From assembly GCA_003281365.1 (NCBI GenBank), contig QCCF01000007.1, positions 12,598-76,597 on the forward strand: a stretch of DNA of 64,000 nucleotides, in the 5' to 3' direction. Positions 60,486 through 64,000 of the stretch are shown piece by piece. This stretch comes from Prochlorococcus sp. AG-347-K18. Its GTDB lineage: Bacteria; Cyanobacteriota; Cyanobacteriia; PCC-6307; Cyanobiaceae. A program made the translations under genes and the position numbers. The notes below the pieces were generated by a model, which did no database searches, was not told the origin of the DNA, and worked only from the letters and a program-made list of their open reading frames with translations. Position 1 is the stretch's first letter. The number at the start of each line of letters is the position of its first letter.

Positions 60486-60768
60486 AAAATAAAACTATTA
60501 TGAGACTTATGACCTTATTAGGCTTTTTAGAGAATTAAGTATGGACTAATTCGAGCTAATATCTTGAATTTTGGGCACTTTATGGGCACATAATCTATGT
60601 AGTTATTAATTGACAGTCGATCTAATATAGAGGGATAAAACCCCTCTTTTTTATGTCTAAGAAAAAGAAAGATGGAATACCTTATAGGAGGCATTTTTAA
60701 TGAATAAAAGATTTATTGCTGAAAAGATATTAACCCTAATTATTTCTTTGATTGGTTAAGTGACCCAT

Positions 60769-60861
60769 ATGTATGGAATAGCAATAACTTATGGTGTTGT
60801 TAGTTTGTTATTACTAGGTGGCTTTGCGTATTTAACCTTCAAGATGACTTCTAAAAAATAA
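60769..60861 (+). CDS. 30-aa TM peptide
   Basis: MYGIAITYGVVSLLLLGGFAYLTFKMTSKK. Confidence 0.45.
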   Translation: MYGIAITYGVVSLLLLGGFAYLTFKMTSKK

Positions 60862-60951
60862 AACGCTTACTATTTTTCTTGCTTTTTCCTTATTTTTTCG
60901 TAAGTATGCGTATATAGGCTCTAATTTTCTCTAAAAAACTGTCATACGGGG

Positions 60952-61242
60952 TTGACGATTATGCAAATTCCAGACGAAATGTTGAAAGAAATTAGAGAAA
61001 GTGGATACGATCAAGAGCTTGTATTTAAACAAATTAGAAAGCTATTAGACAGCGATAAACCAATTAAAGAAAACGAGTACAATCTAGAGCTTATAGACAA
61101 TTACTTACTAGACAAAGATCCACAAGAACTATCTAAAAATGCTGCTGAGATAGTCATGGCAGCAGAGCTTATAGACAATTACTTATTAGATAAAAGATTT
61201 ATGAGAGAGCTTGAAGATAGGGATGAATATGATGCTGCTTAA
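60952..61242 (+). CDS. Hypothetical acidic protein with internal repeat
   Basis: ELIDNYLLDK occurs twice; terminator at ~61285-61308. Confidence 0.65.
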   Translation: MTIMQIPDEMLKEIRESGYDQELVFKQIRKLLDSDKPIKENEYNLELIDNYLLDKDPQELSKNAAEIVMAAELIDNYLLDKRFMRELEDRDEYDAA

Positions 61243-61306
61243 AAATAACTTAAATGTTTGATTAATTGAAAGTCCACCTAAATTAGGGAGCAGATAGCTC
61301 CTTTTT

Positions 61307-61684
61307 TTAATAGCAAAGTACGCTATCCGCTTTAATTGATTCTTCAATTAGAACATCCGGCATCACAAATTCTGCTGAATATCCATCTAGAAGTTTCTCA
61401 TCGTAACCCCTAGATTTAGCTGACATACCTGAAACATATATGGTAACTTTTGATTTCTTCAAATTTTGAAGATGTTCGTATAAATCTCCAGTACCTTGAC
61501 CAACTATTTCACCAGCTTTTTTGCAATCTAATGTTTGTACTCCGTCTCCTGCTAGAAAAAGAGTTACTTTATGATCGTTTTTTTCAGCAGTAAGGGCAAC
61601 CAATAAACCTAAAGTTACTTTATTTTTGGATTCTAAACCGCTGTAAATATGAACTAACACTTTATTGTCGGTAATGATAGACAT
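61307..61684 (-). CDS. DsrE/DsrF-like protein
   Basis: VTLFLAGDGV, YVSGMSAKSRG. Confidence 0.82.
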   Translation of the reverse strand: MSIITDNKVLVHIYSGLESKNKVTLGLLVALTAEKNDHKVTLFLAGDGVQTLDCKKAGEIVGQGTGDLYEHLQNLKKSKVTIYVSGMSAKSRGYDEKLLDGYSAEFVMPDVLIEESIKADSVLCY

Positions 61685-61772
61685 TTAATACTCCCAAAAA
61701 TTTTTGTTTTTATATCTTAAATAAAATCTATTATCATTAGCTGTTTTTTTGTGAAACGCTTACTACTTGCAT

Positions 61773-61874
61773 AAAAAAAAGGGCGAGAGAAAATCCTTTA
61801 AAGTTAAGCCAAGTCGGTTAGAACGAAATACCAAACTTTCTTCTCAAGTTATGCCAATTATTCTGGAGAAAATA
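61773..61874 (+). repeat. ~105-bp dispersed repeat, copy 2
   Basis: Aligns with 56629-56733. Confidence 0.8.
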
Positions 61875-62034
61875 ACTTTTTGGTGCATTTTGGGTGCAAC
61901 CTTTTTTGGGTGTAATTTATTAAAAGCTTTCTACTTGAATCGGTAAAAGTTATTTGAATTGAAATCATGTGAAAAAAGAAATACTTTAAGTATTAAACAA
62001 ATTCATAAAGAGAGATTCTTGAAAAATTAAAATT

Positions 62035-62661
62035 TTATTTGCAATATTTTTCAAAAAGATCAAGAGTTTTATTGTTAAATGTCAAAGCCTTCTTGAAATC
62101 ATCACAAGCTTTTTCATTTTCTCCTATTAGTAATTGCGCAATTCCTCTTCCTTCGTAAGCATCTGCTAATTCTGGATTAATTGATAGTGCTTTATTTAAA
62201 TCATTTATTGAACCAGAATAGTCTTCAAAGAAACCTCCTTTTAAAGTCCCACGATTAAAATATGCTTCAGCAAATTGTGGATTAATCTCTATAGCCTTGT
62301 TGTAATCCTTGAGTGCGCCTTGAAAATCTTCTATTTTTACCTTTGCAAAACCTCTGTTTAAATAAATCAAATCAATATTTGGATTTATTTGCTGAGCCTT
62401 ATTATAAAAATCTATTGCAGCTTTATAATTCCCTTTATTTCTCGCCAAAATTCCTTGTGTAATATACCAAGAAACTGTATTTGCATAAGCTTTTTCTGAT
62501 GTAAATAAAGATGCAGTTGGAAAGAAAATTGTCGTTCCAATTCTTAATGGTTTTAGAAAGGATATTAATAGTATAAAGGTGGTAATCGCAGCAGTTCTTT
62601 TATTTATATGATTTATCATCTCGTCTTGAATTTGTCTGGAATTTAATATAAAACATAACAC
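62035..62661 (-). CDS. TPR-repeat protein
   Basis: Repeated A..DYNKAI.INP..A.AY.NRG. Confidence 0.9.
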   Translation of the reverse strand: MLCFILNSRQIQDEMINHINKRTAAITTFILLISFLKPLRIGTTIFFPTASLFTSEKAYANTVSWYITQGILARNKGNYKAAIDFYNKAQQINPNIDLIYLNRGFAKVKIEDFQGALKDYNKAIEINPQFAEAYFNRGTLKGGFFEDYSGSINDLNKALSINPELADAYEGRGIAQLLIGENEKACDDFKKALTFNNKTLDLFEKYCK

Positions 62662-62729
62662 AAGTCGCTTCTTCTCAACTTAAGGAAACTAAGGACTCTC
62701 AAATAATTTTTAATCAGAATAACTAAGTT

Positions 62730-63206
62730 TTATTCTACATACATTTTTCTTTGATCATATCGGAATTCTCTTTTATTATTGGGGTTAAAAGGTTTGTAAT
62801 CATATTTGTATATATTAAAAAATTCATGATTATAAAGTTCACAAAATCTGAATGCTTCACCCTCATAGCCAGTTTTGTCTTTCTCTTTTTTAGAGGTAAA
62901 ATATGGCAAATTAATCATTCTTGTAATTTTTTTATCCAAGTAAATACGCCTTTTTACCCTTTTTTTTTGAACTCTTGTTAGTTTTGGATTTGACTCTTTA
63001 TTTATGCCATCATAAGGTATGGCTCTATGGAATTGATGCCCACGTAAATAATTGAATTCTGTACATAATTGTTCAATTCTTGCCTTCCTATTAATTGGAG
63101 CCAAATTAAGTACTAAAAGAAAAGTTCCAATTACTAAAAGAATATTTGTTGTCAAACTAATATTTGCTTTGAGATTTGAAGACATAAAAATAAGATTCTT
63201 ATCCAA
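62730..63206 (-). CDS. TM-anchored protein with two Cys
   Basis: NISLTTNILLVIGTF...QLC...RFCE. Confidence 0.65.
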   Translation of the reverse strand: MDKNLIFMSSNLKANISLTTNILLVIGTFLLVLNLAPINRKARIEQLCTEFNYLRGHQFHRAIPYDGINKESNPKLTRVQKKRVKRRIYLDKKITRMINLPYFTSKKEKDKTGYEGEAFRFCELYNHEFFNIYKYDYKPFNPNNKREFRYDQRKMYVE

Positions 63207-63226
63207 TTATTTCACGATAATTGATT

Positions 63227-64000
63227 TTATGCAGCTAAATTTCTATACCTTCCAAACTGAGGCTCAAATAACATTTTCACAGTCCCTACAGGACCATTTC
63301 TATGCTTAGTTACTATTAATTCTGCTATTCCTCTATCTTCTGTATCTGGGTCATAATATTCATCTCTATAAAGCATTACGATAATATCTCCATAATATTC
63401 AAGCGCATCTGAATCTCTCATATCAGATAACATGGGTCTACAATTTTCTCTTTCTTCGACTCCTTTTGAAATTGGTGCTGTTATTAAAACTGGGACATTA
63501 AGCTCTTGTGCCAGATCCTTTAAATCTCTAGTATTTCTTTCCAACTGTTTTTGGTAATCATCCAAACTTTTGTCCTCCATCATATGGAAAGAATCAATAA
63601 CAATTAATCCTAAACTTTTCTCATTATTACTAATAGATATTTTTCTGCATCTAGTTTTAATTTCATGAATAGTTATGAATCTTTTATTCTCTACAAATAT
63701 TGGGAGACATTCAAGTTTTGTATTCTTTTCATAAACCAGTTGCCACTCCTCAAAAGTAAGTCTTCCAGTTCTTATTCTACCGATTTCGATACCACTCTCC
63801 ATAGCTAATATTCTGAAGGCCGTTTGCTCTTTACTCATGTCAAAGCCAAAGAAACATACAGGAAGATTTTGGGAAGCAATATTAATAGCAAACTGCAAGG
63901 CTAATGATGTTTTACCCATTGAAGGGCGACCTGCAAAAGCTATCAAATCTCCCCTCCTTAGACCTTGTGTCATGGCATCAAAATCATGAAATGAGACAGG
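63227..64000 (-). CDS. Divergent DnaB-like helicase, 5' partial
   Basis: Frame is open to the window edge (PVSFHDFDAMTQG); GRPSMGKT, KHRNGP. Confidence 0.9.
   Translation of the reverse strand, partial: PVSFHDFDAMTQGLRRGDLIAFAGRPSMGKTSLALQFAINIASQNLPVCFFGFDMSKEQTAFRILAMESGIEIGRIRTGRLTFEEWQLVYEKNTKLECLPIFVENKRFITIHEIKTRCRKISISNNEKSLGLIVIDSFHMMEDKSLDDYQKQLERNTRDLKDLAQELNVPVLITAPISKGVEERENCRPMLSDMRDSDALEYYGDIIVMLYRDEYYDPDTEDRGIAELIVTKHRNGPVGTVKMLFEPQFGRYRNLAA

Larger units (their letters stand above)
34414..64000. mobile_element. Hypervariable genomic island (right end outside the window)
   Basis: Abrupt switch after ychF from core genes to short ORFs, hli genes, pseudogenes, tRNA fragments, an MTase and a DnaB paralogue. 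No intact integrase is in the window. Confidence 0.75.

Noticed and set aside
2217-63309. Antisense or shadow ORFs in the track (e.g. 2217, 4098, 10454, 13492, 20099, 26942, 39801, 41136, 55396, 57953, 63052)
   Set aside because: They overlap well-supported genes and have no recognisable motifs
1-64000. CRISPR array or cas genes
   Set aside because: No regularly spaced repeat-spacer series; the repeats found are few, dispersed and irregular

Overview
AT-rich marine picocyanobacterial DNA. Gene content and synteny point to a high-light Prochlorococcus; this is an inference, not a database result. About 1-34.4 kb is core chromosome: a Pcb/IsiA antenna gene, an iron cluster (porin, small secreted peptide, PiuC, FutA), cobQ, psbDC, ycf4, ilvH, petM, infA, NTRC-type trxB, pntAAB, dxr, cysS, polA and ychF. 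From ~34.4 kb to the window end is a hypervariable island with four hli genes, SelO, an NSS transporter, a metal cassette, dozens of small ORFs, pseudogenes, tRNA-Pro scars, an orphan C5 methyltransferase and a degenerate DnaB paralogue. The most unusual items are: (1) a ~105-aa in-frame insertion in the 5'-nuclease domain of the PolA in this window; (2) a 2.4-kb module between 13-bp direct repeats, encoding His-less cytochrome b559-like (PsbY-PsbF) proteins, a 20-bp palindrome and two tandem look-alike structured RNAs; (3) a glutamine riboswitch ahead of a 56-aa peptide; (4) a Yfr1-type sRNA whose seed match sits on the RBS of the nearby porin; (5) a recurring ATTGACAGTCGATC-TAnnnT promoter-like motif; and (6) stacked integration scars. 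All family names come from motif recognition by eye, and no searches were run.
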